Assembly: GCA_043808155.1 (NCBI GenBank)
Contig: JAZDFD010000026.1
Coordinates: forward strand, 39,673 to 103,672
Source: Candidatus Iainarchaeum sp.
GTDB lineage: Archaea > Iainarchaeota > Iainarchaeia > Iainarchaeales > JAZDFD01
Length of the DNA stretch: 64,000 nt
Direction: 5' to 3'
Both the position numbers and the translations under genes were made by a program. The notes beneath the pieces were generated by a model, which was not told the DNA's origin, did no database searches, and saw nothing but the letters and a program-made list of their open reading frames with translations. This document shows positions 10,482 through 20,956 of the stretch, piece after piece (the first letter of the stretch is position 1; the number at the start of each line of letters is the position of its first letter).

Positions 10482-11582
10482 CTAACCCCTTGGTATTCTT
10501 GGTTTTCTTTTTGGAAAATGTGGTTTTTCTTTGCCCTCTACAATTCTTTTTGCTTCTTCACTTTCACGAGGGTCTGTTGGACTTGTTAATCCTGCAACAA
10601 TTTCTCTTGCTCTTGCTGTGCTCATTGTGACTGGCTCTGCAGGAAATCTTTCTCTTGACTTTTCCCTTTCAGTTTTAGATTTTTTAAGTGTTTCATTCAG
10701 CTCTAAAGCGCTATGCCTGCCTCCTTCGGTACTAAATATCCGCATTAACATTCCAGCATACATCAAAGCCACTGCTTCAGGAACTTTAAAGTGTTGTTGT
10801 ATTAATGTCGTGGCTTCTGCTTCATTTTTAACAGTTGAAAGTTTTATGAAAAGTTGATGATGTCTCGCAGTAAGAATTTGAACTTGATCTAACAGGGGGA
10901 GTTTTTGGAAACCTTCTGCTCTTTTGTGTCTTTTTTTATGAAGCCCGACTTCAACAGAAAGTTTCTCTTCAGTAATTTTGCCACCAACAAATTTAAGCAT
11001 TAAAAAATAGTTTCCCATATTACTGTGCGCTTGGTCTAGATTGTTTAATTTTGAATACACATTCTCATTTAATTCAACTACTGCTTGTTTTCTGCCTGTT
11101 TTTGTTGTTCTTTCCTTAACATTCCAGTGAGCAATTGCACTTTTGGGAATTAGCAAATCGCGAGAAATACTGCCTCCTTCGTGTGGATGTTTTGTTTTAG
11201 CAACACCAACTATTCTTTCTGCTCTTTTCCAGTCTTGATTACTTATTCTGAAAAATTGGTTATTAAAAATCTTAACATAAGGTTGCTTGACCGCAGTTCC
11301 CCGTACTCTAATTTTTTCGGGGTCGGTTAATACAGTTTGGGTAATCTGAAGATTGCAAATCTGATTTGGCTTTGCTTTGTTTGTGAAAGCTATGTCAGTG
11401 AAATATCCTTTCTCAAATTTTGCATTTTTCACTAATCCGAGAAGCTGAAGGCTTGTTTCTCCTTTAGTGCCTTTTCTGCTTGAAGTTTTTAGCACAAATC
11501 TTTCAATAAACTCCTCAGGCGTTTTGCATCTTTTCATTGCAGCTAAAAGTGTTAGGGACATAGAAAAAGTATGATTATACAA
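10482..11582 (-). CDS. Hypothetical basic protein (likely ATG start at 11561)
   Basis: 366-aa ORF with no recognised motif and a K/R-rich C-terminus (KRKPRIPRG). Confidence 0.6.
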   Translation of the reverse strand: MYNHTFSMSLTLLAAMKRCKTPEEFIERFVLKTSSRKGTKGETSLQLLGLVKNAKFEKGYFTDIAFTNKAKPNQICNLQITQTVLTDPEKIRVRGTAVKQPYVKIFNNQFFRISNQDWKRAERIVGVAKTKHPHEGGSISRDLLIPKSAIAHWNVKERTTKTGRKQAVVELNENVYSKLNNLDQAHSNMGNYFLMLKFVGGKITEEKLSVEVGLHKKRHKRAEGFQKLPLLDQVQILTARHHQLFIKLSTVKNEAEATTLIQQHFKVPEAVALMYAGMLMRIFSTEGGRHSALELNETLKKSKTEREKSRERFPAEPVTMSTARAREIVAGLTSPTDPRESEEAKRIVEGKEKPHFPKRKPRIPRG

Positions 11583-11603
11583 CTATAAAAAGATTCTGTT
11601 AGT

Positions 11604-13052
11604 TTAAGGATAATTAGGTGCTTCTTCTGTGATGTTAATATCATGAGGATGCCCCTCTTTGAGCCCTGCGTTTGTGACTCTTACAAACTTTGCTTTCTTT
11701 TGCATTTCTGAGATGTTATGCGCACCAACCATGCCCATTCCTGCCTGCACGCCTCCCAGAAGCTGGTAAATCATTTCTTTTAATGAGCCTTTGTAGGGCA
11801 CAATTCCTTCAATTCCTTCTGGAACTAATTTTTTTACGTCCATTGTTTCTTTTTGGAAGTATCTGTCTCTTGCACCTTCATCTTTTGTCATTGCACTGAT
11901 TGAACCCATGCCCCTGTATTGTTTGAATTTTCTATTGTTCAGATAAACAGTTCTTCCCGGAGTTTCATCCGTACCTGCAAAAATAGAACCAATCATTACT
12001 GAACTTGCGCCTGCGCCAATTGCTTTTGCAATATCACCGGAGTATCTTAAACCCCCGTCTGCAATTATTGGCACTTTAGATTTTTCAGCTGCTTTTGCAC
12101 AATCCTGAATTGCAGTAAACTGAGGCATGCCTGCACCAGTAATAACTCTTGTTGTACAGATTGCACCCGGACCAACACCGACTTTTACTGCATCTGCACC
12201 AGCGGAAATTAAATCATGTACTGCTTCTGCTGTTGCAGCATTTCCTGCAATAACCTGAATATTAAAATTATTTTTTAACTTTCTTACACCCTGCACAACT
12301 GACTTTGCATGTCCGTGTGCAGTATCAATAACAAAAACATCAGTATCCTGTTCAATTAGTTTTTTAACTCTGTCAAAATCACCTGGTCCGATTGCAGCAC
12401 CAACTTTTAATCTGCCTTTTGCATCTTTCAATGCATTTGGATTTTCTGCGCTTTTCTTAATATCTGCAGTTGTAATCAATCCTTTTAATTCATTTTTTGA
12501 ATTCACAATTGGCAGTTTCTCAATTCTGTGTTCATGCATAATCTGTTTTGCTTTTTCCATCTTAACTTCTTTATTAACAGTAATCAAATCTTTGCTCATA
12601 ACTTCATTTACTTTCTTTTTGAAGTTAGTTTCAAATCTTAAATCTCTGTTTGTAACAATCCCGACTAATTTTCCTTTTGAAACTACGGGAAATGATGAAA
12701 AATTATGTAATTTTTTAAGTTCAAATATTTTTGCAAGTGTGTCTTCAGGTGAAACAGTTACAGGATTAGTTATTACCCATATTTCACTTCGTTTAACTTT
12801 GCTAACTTGTTCTGCCTGTTCTTCCGGACTCATGTTTCTGTGAATAATTCCAATACCGCCCTGCTGTGCCATAACAATTGCAGTTTTGTATTCAGTAACA
12901 GTATCCATTGCCGCACTTACTAAGGGTATATTCATGTCAATTTTTTTAGTAAGCTTGGTTTTCAAATCCACATCGTGGGGATGAACAGAAGAAGCCATCG
13001 GAATAAGGAGTACATCATCAAATGTTAGTCCGAGTTTTGTTTCACCGCGCAT
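11604..13052 (-). CDS. guaB: IMP dehydrogenase with CBS domains
   Basis: [38 protein letters not shown]. Confidence 0.97.
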   Translation of the reverse strand: MRGETKLGLTFDDVLLIPMASSVHPHDVDLKTKLTKKIDMNIPLVSAAMDTVTEYKTAIVMAQQGGIGIIHRNMSPEEQAEQVSKVKRSEIWVITNPVTVSPEDTLAKIFELKKLHNFSSFPVVSKGKLVGIVTNRDLRFETNFKKKVNEVMSKDLITVNKEVKMEKAKQIMHEHRIEKLPIVNSKNELKGLITTADIKKSAENPNALKDAKGRLKVGAAIGPGDFDRVKKLIEQDTDVFVIDTAHGHAKSVVQGVRKLKNNFNIQVIAGNAATAEAVHDLISAGADAVKVGVGPGAICTTRVITGAGMPQFTAIQDCAKAAEKSKVPIIADGGLRYSGDIAKAIGAGASSVMIGSIFAGTDETPGRTVYLNNRKFKQYRGMGSISAMTKDEGARDRYFQKETMDVKKLVPEGIEGIVPYKGSLKEMIYQLLGGVQAGMGMVGAHNISEMQKKAKFVRVTNAGLKEGHPHDINITEEAPNYP

Positions 13053-13139
13053 TTAAAACGCCTTTTACTTATACTTGTATATATAGATTTATAAATACTT
13101 TACCTAAAGTGTTATTGGGGTTAAAATAGGAGATTTTGA

Positions 13140-14407
<1,268 letters not shown>

Positions 14408-14428
14408 AATAAGTGATATTTTTCTGAT

Positions 14429-14848
14429 TCACTTCTTTTTCAACAAACTGCTTTTATAGTTCTCAGGTTCGAAAGAATTAATCCTCACAACATCTAATTT
14501 CCAGCCAAGAAGATTTGCTCTCTGTTTAATTGTTTCGGCATTTTCTTTCTGGTCATAACCAAGTGCAATAACATCAGGTCTGTAATCCTCAACAATTTTG
14601 AATTTGTTTGAATTCTTTAGTGAATTCCCTAACACAACAGAATCTGCAATACCCAAAGCTTCAACATCTTTTTTTCTCTGCTCTTCATTATGACGTGGGG
14701 GTTTGCCTTTAATTGTTTCAATAGTTTCATCTCTTGCAATAACAATAACTAAGTCAGTTCCAAGTTTTTTAGCTTCTCTTAAGTAGTGTTCATGCCCTTT
14801 ATGAACCAAATCAAAAGAACCAAATGCTAAAACTCGTTTTTTGGACAT
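14429..14848 (-). CDS. ribL: Archaeal FAD synthetase (cytidylyltransferase family)
   Basis: FGSFDLVHKGH, PDVIALGYDQ, KSS. Confidence 0.8.
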   Translation of the reverse strand: MSKKRVLAFGSFDLVHKGHEHYLREAKKLGTDLVIVIARDETIETIKGKPPRHNEEQRKKDVEALGIADSVVLGNSLKNSNKFKIVEDYRPDVIALGYDQKENAETIKQRANLLGWKLDVVRINSFEPENYKSSLLKKK

Positions 14849-14915
14849 GTTTATCTCACTTTAATACCTGTAAAAGAACACTTTTTTATATACTTATAGC
14901 TTCTTTAATTATACT

Positions 14916-15869
14916 ATGATTACAGACCCAAAAGAAAAACTAGCGCTCATTAAAAGAAACACAGCTGAAGTAGTTACAGAACGAGAACTTGAAACATTAG
15001 TCCGAACTGTGGAAAAACCTGTTGTTTACTGCGGTTATGAGCCTTCAGGACCTGTGCATTTGGGGCACATGGTTACTATTTCCAAATTAATTGATTTTGA
15101 AAATGCAGGCTTTAAAGTAAAAATTCTAATGGCTGACTGGCACGCATGGTTAAATAGAAAAGGCGACTGGGATTTTATAAGAAACGCAGCAAAAGAATGG
15201 GAAAAAGCATTCAAGAGATTAGGTCTGAAAAATGCAGAATATATTTTAGGCAGTTCTTTTCAGATGAAAGAAGAATATATCACAGATGTTTTTGAATTAG
15301 CTGAGGAAATTTCAGTTTCGAGAGCACTACGTTCAATGCAGACTGTTGCACGGGAATCTGAAAATGCAAAAGCGTCTCAGATGATTTATCCTTTAATGCA
15401 GATTGCAGATATTAAACATCTTAAAGTAGATGCAGTTGAAGCAGGAATTGAGCAGAGAAAAATTTACATGCTTGCGAGAGAACACATTTCACGAATTGGT
15501 TACAAAAAACTTCCTTATGTTTACACTCCTTTAATTAATTCATTATTGGGTCCGGGAGATAAAATGTCTTCTTCAATTCCCAATTCAATGATTTCAACTG
15601 AGGATGATGCTGCTTCAATTAAAGATAAAATCAAAAAAGCATACTGCAAAGAAAAAGAATTAGACGGAAATCCAATTTTGGAAATTGCCCGCTATGTTGT
15701 GATGCCAAGAACTAAAGAACTGATAATCCCGCGACCAAAAAAATACGGCGGAAAATTAATTTTCACATCACAGGAAGAAATTGAACGTTCCTTCAGAGCA
15801 GGCGAATTACACCCAATGGATTTGAAAACTGCTGTTGCTGAACATCTGATTAAGATTTTGAAGAAGTAG
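14916..15869 (+). CDS. tyrS: Tyrosine--tRNA ligase (archaeal type)
   Basis: YCGYEPSGPVHLGH, YPLMQIADI, KMSSS. Confidence 0.96.
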   Translation: MITDPKEKLALIKRNTAEVVTERELETLVRTVEKPVVYCGYEPSGPVHLGHMVTISKLIDFENAGFKVKILMADWHAWLNRKGDWDFIRNAAKEWEKAFKRLGLKNAEYILGSSFQMKEEYITDVFELAEEISVSRALRSMQTVARESENAKASQMIYPLMQIADIKHLKVDAVEAGIEQRKIYMLAREHISRIGYKKLPYVYTPLINSLLGPGDKMSSSIPNSMISTEDDAASIKDKIKKAYCKEKELDGNPILEIARYVVMPRTKELIIPRPKKYGGKLIFTSQEEIERSFRAGELHPMDLKTAVAEHLIKILKK

Positions 15870-15974
15870 TTATCACTGCAAAGCAATAAACGCATAAATC
15901 AATGCTTATTAAGTATTATGCTCAATGCATAATCTTTATATAGTTTAATGTACATTTAATATGCAGGTGATAAC

Positions 15975-16211
15975 ATGAATGTAAATCTTGGAATCCCTTA
16001 TGAAGCAATTGTAAACAAAGCTATAGACAAGGGTTATGCAGGCAATCAAACAGAAGTTATAAGACAAGCCCTGCTTGCTTATGATAGAATACTGGAAGAA
16101 GAGGAAAAAGAACTTGTTGCCAAGGCAATTAAAATAGAAATGAGTGAAGTAAAAGCAGGTAACATTAAAACAAAATCTTTTGATGCAATGAAAAAAAAGT
16201 TCAAGTGGTAA
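15975..16211 (+). CDS. Putative antitoxin (ribbon-helix-helix)
   Basis: 78 aa with the RHH-like motif GYAGNQTEVIRQAL, 1 nt upstream of a RelE-like gene. Confidence 0.7.
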   Translation: MNVNLGIPYEAIVNKAIDKGYAGNQTEVIRQALLAYDRILEEEEKELVAKAIKIEMSEVKAGNIKTKSFDAMKKKFKW

Positions 16212-16212
16212 A

Positions 16213-16473
16213 ATGGAAGTAAAGATTCTTGAAACCGCTGAAAAAGAGCTTGAAAAAATAGTTAACCCCCTAAACAAGCAGTTCGGAAAACATATTGAAA
16301 AAATTGCTTCAAATGAAACAAGCAGACACCTGAAACATGGTTTGCAGTATTTCACCGAAAATGTTACAAAACAGGCTAGAATTGTTTACTATTTTGAGGA
16401 AAAAACTATTTATGTAATGCACTGCTTCAAAAACCACAAAGAATACGAAAGATGGTATAAATCATTTAAATAA
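16213..16473 (+). CDS. Putative RelE/ParE-family toxin
   Basis: 86 aa basic protein: MEVKILETAEKELEK...ARIVY...IYVMHCFKNHKEYERW. Confidence 0.7.
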   Translation: MEVKILETAEKELEKIVNPLNKQFGKHIEKIASNETSRHLKHGLQYFTENVTKQARIVYYFEEKTIYVMHCFKNHKEYERWYKSFK

Positions 16474-16524
16474 GTTCTGGTTTTTTATTCTTTTGCCTCA
16501 CTTCTAATTATAGCCATTATTGGC

Positions 16525-16586
16525 ATAATGCGAACGACGTGAGCAAGTGCTACCGAAGGTGCACACGCACTCGCCGGGCGCTCGGC
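16525..16586 (+). repeat. tRNA leader module, homologous to 43902-43969
   Basis: ATAATGCGA...GTGC-hairpin-GCAC-ACGCACTCGCCGGGCGCTCGGC matches the tRNA-Ala leader. Confidence 0.8.
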
Positions 16587-16756
16587 GCACGGGTACCGAA
16601 GTGGTTAAACGGGACAGACTCAAAAAAACTTTTAGAAAAAGTTTTAGCAAAAGAAACTTTTCAGAAAAGTTTCATCAAAACTAAAGCTTTATCTTTATTG
16701 AATTTGAGAGATCTGTTGGCTTAGTGCCTCCGTAGGTTCGAATCCTGCCCCGTGCA
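16587..16756 (+). tRNA. tRNA-Leu(CAA) with an 86-nt intron at 37/38 (16625-16710)
   Basis: GCACGGG/CCCGTGC acceptor stem, ACAGA/TCTGT anticodon stem, CAA at 16621-16623, long variable arm, GTAGG-TTCGAAT-CCTGC T arm. BHB motif: CTCA/TGAG helix with AAA and AGA bulges. Confidence 0.92.
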
Positions 16757-16757
16757 T

Positions 16758-16936
16758 AGCCGGTTTCGTCCGGCTGTACCGAGATATGTGCACTGTTGCT
16801 TTGTGCAACAGCGCAGTAATATTTTTCGGAAACTGTGTCATAGCAAAAAGCGTACCCGATTTCTGCTTAGCAGAAATGGGCGCATTTCATCAGAGCTGAA
16901 ATAGCGTGGCACCCGTACTCGCCGGACGTGACGGCG
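16758..16936 (+). repeat. Structured tRNA trailer element, homologous to 44044-44169
   Basis: About 10 differences over 94 aligned nt versus the element after tRNA-Ala; multiple hairpins. Confidence 0.88.
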
Positions 16937-16953
16937 GAATCCTGCCCTGTACA
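16937..16953 (+). repeat. Degenerate duplicate of the tRNA-Leu 3' end (att-like)
   Basis: GAATCCTGCCCTGTACA versus GAATCCTGCCCCGTGCA at 16740-16756 (15/17 identical). Confidence 0.7.
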
Positions 16954-17083
16954 ATTTTCTGATTTATGAAGCGGTACGGATTAGCGAAATAGTAATTAGG
17001 GTTCGTGGGTGTGGGATTTCCTGTAGAATGAAAAGAATTAAATAAAAGAAGAACCACTATTTTTCTACTGAGTGAGTAATAAA

Positions 17084-17527
17084 ATGCCTGCGAAAAGACC
17101 AAAGTACATCTCAAAATTTAGTGCAAGAAGGCGAAGAGCTAATACTGAAGCAAGAAAACAATTTCCGGAATGCGGAACCAAAGATGAAACATTTCAAATA
17201 TTCCGCAATGCTTATCATGCGATAATTCTCGCTGAGGAATTCGGGGGGCTTAATTCTCCTGCAGTCAGAACAAAACTTCGTTTTATCCATCCAGAGGAAC
17301 GCCTGCTTCTCCGAAAATATATCGCTAAAACAACCCGTGACCCAATTCAGCGGCGGATTGTTTGGGAACTTTTAAAGCTTGAGAAAGAGCGTGGCAGATA
17401 TATTTATCCTGACTTCCCAGAAGTGAAACTAACCAGACCGGAAATTAATGCACTTAAAAAAGCACAGGCAGAAATTAATGAACATAAAAAGAAAAAGACT
17501 TCCACGCTTAAATTTAAAAGCAGATAA
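17084..17527 (+). CDS. Hypothetical basic protein
   Basis: Begins MPAKRPKY...RRRR and has a K-rich C-terminus. Confidence 0.6.
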   Translation: MPAKRPKYISKFSARRRRANTEARKQFPECGTKDETFQIFRNAYHAIILAEEFGGLNSPAVRTKLRFIHPEERLLLRKYIAKTTRDPIQRRIVWELLKLEKERGRYIYPDFPEVKLTRPEINALKKAQAEINEHKKKKTSTLKFKSR

Positions 17528-17593
17528 AGCGTATTCTATGCATGAGAAAAATATTTTTACTTTTGATAATTTCTTTATTGATTTTTGGATGTG
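17507..17593 (+). repeat. 87-bp promoter + lipoprotein signal peptide cassette, copy 1
   Basis: 83/87 identical to 18864-18950. Confidence 0.9.
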
Positions 17594-18768
17594 TTGAAAA
17601 TAATCTTCCTGGGAATGGAAGCGCAGATGATACGGATAATTTCATGAATGATGCGGATAATTTGGATAATGGGGCAAATGAAAATACAAATAACATTGGG
17701 GATGAAAAAATTAAATCTGATGATTTGCAGGATACTCCAAGTGGGGATGGGATTTCTGAAGATGAAACCCAGGACGAGGATATTCAAAAATCTGCGTTAA
17801 TACAATTGAACGAATTCGATATGTTAGACCAATACAAAAAGGAATTTGTAAGAGATTTTGATATTCTTGAATGCCAGAGCAAAACTTATTTTACAGATGC
17901 CAGCATCACTGAGGTTATTGATTGGTATTATTCTGATCTGCCTTATACCTTAGTTTCAAAAGATGTTTTTAATCCCCCAGAAAATCCGGATGTTGAAATA
18001 GGGTATCTCGTTTTTAAAAAAGAAAATACAGGAATATATATAGATGTGCAGCCGGCTGAAACAATTCCTATAGCTACAGGCAAAACCTTAATCATCTATG
18101 CTGAATGCCCATGGGCTATGCTTAAGGAAGTGGTTGGTGATGTCAGCGGAGAGCTTGGTGTTGAAGGAGACATTGACTGGTCAGACGCTTATGTTTTTGA
18201 GGATCCGGAAGCTGATTTCTGGAAAGGAAGCGGTTCACCACCGGAAATAATAAACTATCCGCCATCAGACATTCTGAAAATATATGTAAAGAATGATGAC
18301 GCTTATCTTTATGTTAAATATGAAGTAGCAGGACAAATACCTGCATTGCCATACAAATATGGTGAAGACACAATAAGGATATTTACATATTTTACGCTTA
18401 TAGATAAGGATCAAAATCCAAGCACAGGAATTAAGAATGGGTATACTGGTGCTGACCTTGCATTGGATTTTTGGTTTGGTTCCCCTCCAGAAGCAAATGG
18501 CAAGATGTATTCATTAATCCAATATGCTTTTTATGATCCTGCAGGAGAAGAGGAGCTCGGCTCGTTCAATGATGGCGGAACTCTGATTGCAGGAGGATTA
18601 GGATATACTTATGTGGCATCAAAGTATAAACTTGCAGACCTGGGATTGAAAAAAGGCGATACCATCAATATTTTCCCTTTGATTGAAGTAGAAAGTGATT
18701 CCTACCATCACTTTGCCAGGGATGTATACAAAAAAGATGTTGAATGGACTTCCATAAACATAAAGTAA
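17542..18768 (+). CDS. Acidic lipoprotein of unknown function
   Basis: Signal peptide with lipobox IFGC and a D/N-rich linker. Confidence 0.75.
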   Translation: MRKIFLLLIISLLIFGCVENNLPGNGSADDTDNFMNDADNLDNGANENTNNIGDEKIKSDDLQDTPSGDGISEDETQDEDIQKSALIQLNEFDMLDQYKKEFVRDFDILECQSKTYFTDASITEVIDWYYSDLPYTLVSKDVFNPPENPDVEIGYLVFKKENTGIYIDVQPAETIPIATGKTLIIYAECPWAMLKEVVGDVSGELGVEGDIDWSDAYVFEDPEADFWKGSGSPPEIINYPPSDILKIYVKNDDAYLYVKYEVAGQIPALPYKYGEDTIRIFTYFTLIDKDQNPSTGIKNGYTGADLALDFWFGSPPEANGKMYSLIQYAFYDPAGEEELGSFNDGGTLIAGGLGYTYVASKYKLADLGLKKGDTINIFPLIEVESDSYHHFARDVYKKDVEWTSINIK

Positions 18769-18863
18769 CTTAGTTTAATAAAAAATAGAATTATTTAATT
18801 TCACTAGTGCTAGTTTAATCTCCTCAGGAGGACTAATTTCCTGTGAACATTCAAAGTGCTATA

Positions 18864-18950
18864 CTTAAATTTAAAAGCAGATAAAGCGTATTCTATGCAT
18901 GAGAAAAATATTTTTACTTTTGATAATTTCTTTGTTAATTTTGGGGTGTG
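18864..18950 (+). repeat. 87-bp promoter + lipoprotein signal peptide cassette, copy 2
   Basis: 83/87 identical to 17507-17593. Confidence 0.9.
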
Positions 18951-20206
18951 CAAACAACAACCTGCCTGCAAATGAAAGCACAGATGATAATAATGGTTTA
19001 GATGTGCCTGATAACACTCAGGACACAACAGATACAGAACCTGATGAAGTAATTCCTGATGTAGAACCAGTGCCTAATATTTTTATTGATGCAAGTACTC
19101 CAAGCGGACCTTATAATGAAGGCGATGAATTTGATATTGAATATACTGTAGAAAATATTGGGGACACTATCAAAGGATACATTGTTAGTGTTTGTGAAAA
19201 AGCAGGATTTGAAGCAAAGTGCAGAACAAAAACAGTGAAAGATATAGGCACTCATAATTCATCATTAGTTAATTGTGATTTTACGGAAGAAGATGCAATT
19301 TGCGATGAAGAAACATTAGGCACTAATGGAATATACACTTATTCAGTTTTAGTTTATGATTGTGCAGATTTAGAAGACGCAACTGACATGGACTGTTCAG
19401 AAGTGGAAAAATCTGCAATTCCTGAAAGTGTTGAACCATTAAAAACATTTGAAAAAGAAATTGAAGTTGGCGGGGAATCAAATGATGATGAAGACTCTGA
19501 TACGGATTCAGATAGTGGAACTACACAAGGTGCCATAACCGACTTCCGAACAATTGACCCAAACTGGAAATGTAATTTTATAATGGATTCAGAAGACCCA
19601 ACAGATATTTGGAGATATTCAAAGTTAGATACAGATATTAGCATTGCATGTGGTAAGGCAATCTTAATTCAGGAAACAGTAAATCAGCCTCTGAGACCAG
19701 TATATAATATTTCATTTAATTATAGTGATACTTTCTCCGCACAATATGCAGGTAATGGTGAAATTATAATCAGTCACTTGGGAACTGCACAGTCTGCATT
19801 CAAAGATGTTTTAATTCATGAATTAACACACAGTGCATTAGACGAAATCCCATTGCCAGTCTGGTTTGAAGAAGGAATTGCCGAAAGAATGGTTGATTTA
19901 GTCAATGAGCAAGACACATCACTTTGGCGAGTTTACATAAAAGATATTGAAACATTAGATCCTTTTGATACTGGTGATGGAGTAGATAATTCAATTAATT
20001 ATCGATATGCAAATTATACTGTAAAGAAATTTGTTGAAAAATACGGGTATGATGCATTAAGAGAGACTATTCAATTTGTTAAAGATGAACAGGAATGGGG
20101 AAACATAAACAAAAGAAACCAAGTTCTTGTTAATGCAGCAATTGACGCCACTGGCGATTCTTCAATCACACTAGATAAATTAGCTTATCCAAAAAACTAC
20201 GAATAA
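18899..20206 (+). CDS. Lipoprotein with a C-terminal zinc metallopeptidase (gluzincin-like) domain
   Basis: Lipobox ILGC, LIHELTH...WFEEGIAE, and a Cys-containing middle domain. Confidence 0.75.
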   Translation: MRKIFLLLIISLLILGCANNNLPANESTDDNNGLDVPDNTQDTTDTEPDEVIPDVEPVPNIFIDASTPSGPYNEGDEFDIEYTVENIGDTIKGYIVSVCEKAGFEAKCRTKTVKDIGTHNSSLVNCDFTEEDAICDEETLGTNGIYTYSVLVYDCADLEDATDMDCSEVEKSAIPESVEPLKTFEKEIEVGGESNDDEDSDTDSDSGTTQGAITDFRTIDPNWKCNFIMDSEDPTDIWRYSKLDTDISIACGKAILIQETVNQPLRPVYNISFNYSDTFSAQYAGNGEIIISHLGTAQSAFKDVLIHELTHSALDEIPLPVWFEEGIAERMVDLVNEQDTSLWRVYIKDIETLDPFDTGDGVDNSINYRYANYTVKKFVEKYGYDALRETIQFVKDEQEWGNINKRNQVLVNAAIDATGDSSITLDKLAYPKNYE

Positions 20207-20255
20207 TTCAGAAACTGTTCAAAAAAGTTCAGAGAATTTAGAGAAAAGTGATACA

Positions 20256-20456
20256 ATGAAATGTGCAAAGTGCGGTAAACCTGCAACTAAATATAATTCA
20301 AATCAAATTCCTGTTTGCTCTAAACACACTAAAGAAAAAATTACTGCCCCTAAATGCCCTAACTGCAAATTAGAAATGATAATCAGACAGGGAAAATATG
20401 GTGCTTTCTGGGGCTGCAAAGCTTTCCCAATGTGTGACGGGATTTCTAAAATTTGA
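20256..20456 (+). CDS. Small protein with a topoisomerase-type C4 zinc finger
   Basis: CPNCKLEMIIRQGKYGAFWGCKAFPMC plus an N-terminal CxxC...CxxH. Confidence 0.85.
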   Translation: MKCAKCGKPATKYNSNQIPVCSKHTKEKITAPKCPNCKLEMIIRQGKYGAFWGCKAFPMCDGISKI

Positions 20457-20458
20457 AA

Positions 20459-20803
20459 TTAGGGATTTTCTTTAAGAAATTTTGCCAAAGCATCCCTTCT
20501 TTTTCTGTATTCTTTTTCCATGTCTTTTTCTATAGGGCTGTCAGGATCTCCAAGTTCCATTTTTAACCATTTATTCAATTCATTCAAATGTATTTTTAAC
20601 TGCCCTTTGCTAACTGCATTGAGTTTGTGCGTATCCATTGACTCTGCAATTTCTCCTGCAACCGTTTGGGCAATTTGTCGTTTGTCTGAAATGTGAAATC
20701 CGTGTCTATAATTCAAAGAATCAATAACATACTGCGGAAGTCCTGTCCTTGGTTTTGCGTTTGGTAAGTTTCTTTTGTTTGTTGGTCTTTTTGGTCCAGC
20801 CAT
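20459..20803 (-). CDS. Hypothetical basic protein
   Basis: Begins MAGPKRPTNKR and fills the intergenic gap. Confidence 0.55.
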   Translation of the reverse strand: MAGPKRPTNKRNLPNAKPRTGLPQYVIDSLNYRHGFHISDKRQIAQTVAGEIAESMDTHKLNAVSKGQLKIHLNELNKWLKMELGDPDSPIEKDMEKEYRKRRDALAKFLKENP

Positions 20804-20956
20804 ATCAATCACTAAAATTATTGTTTTTGATATTTTTAAAGTTATTGATTACTTTGCTTCTGCTTTTGAATTGTAGATATTTGACTAAGATATAAGCAAA
20901 ATAAAATAAAAAAATAAAAAATAGGTTACTGGTTTTAAACAAATAATTGATTAAAA

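Noticed and set aside
16539-16724. 61-aa ORF
   Set aside because: It runs across the tRNA-Leu leader, exon and intron.
16525-16953. Possible CRISPR array or self-splicing intron explanation for the hairpin repeats
   Set aside because: There are no regularly spaced identical repeats with spacers, no cas genes, and no group I/II core motifs.
20211-20231. GAAACTGTTCAAAAAAGTTCA resembling the tRNA-Leu intron palindrome
   Set aside because: It is too degenerate and A/T-rich to distinguish from chance, and the palindrome is broken.
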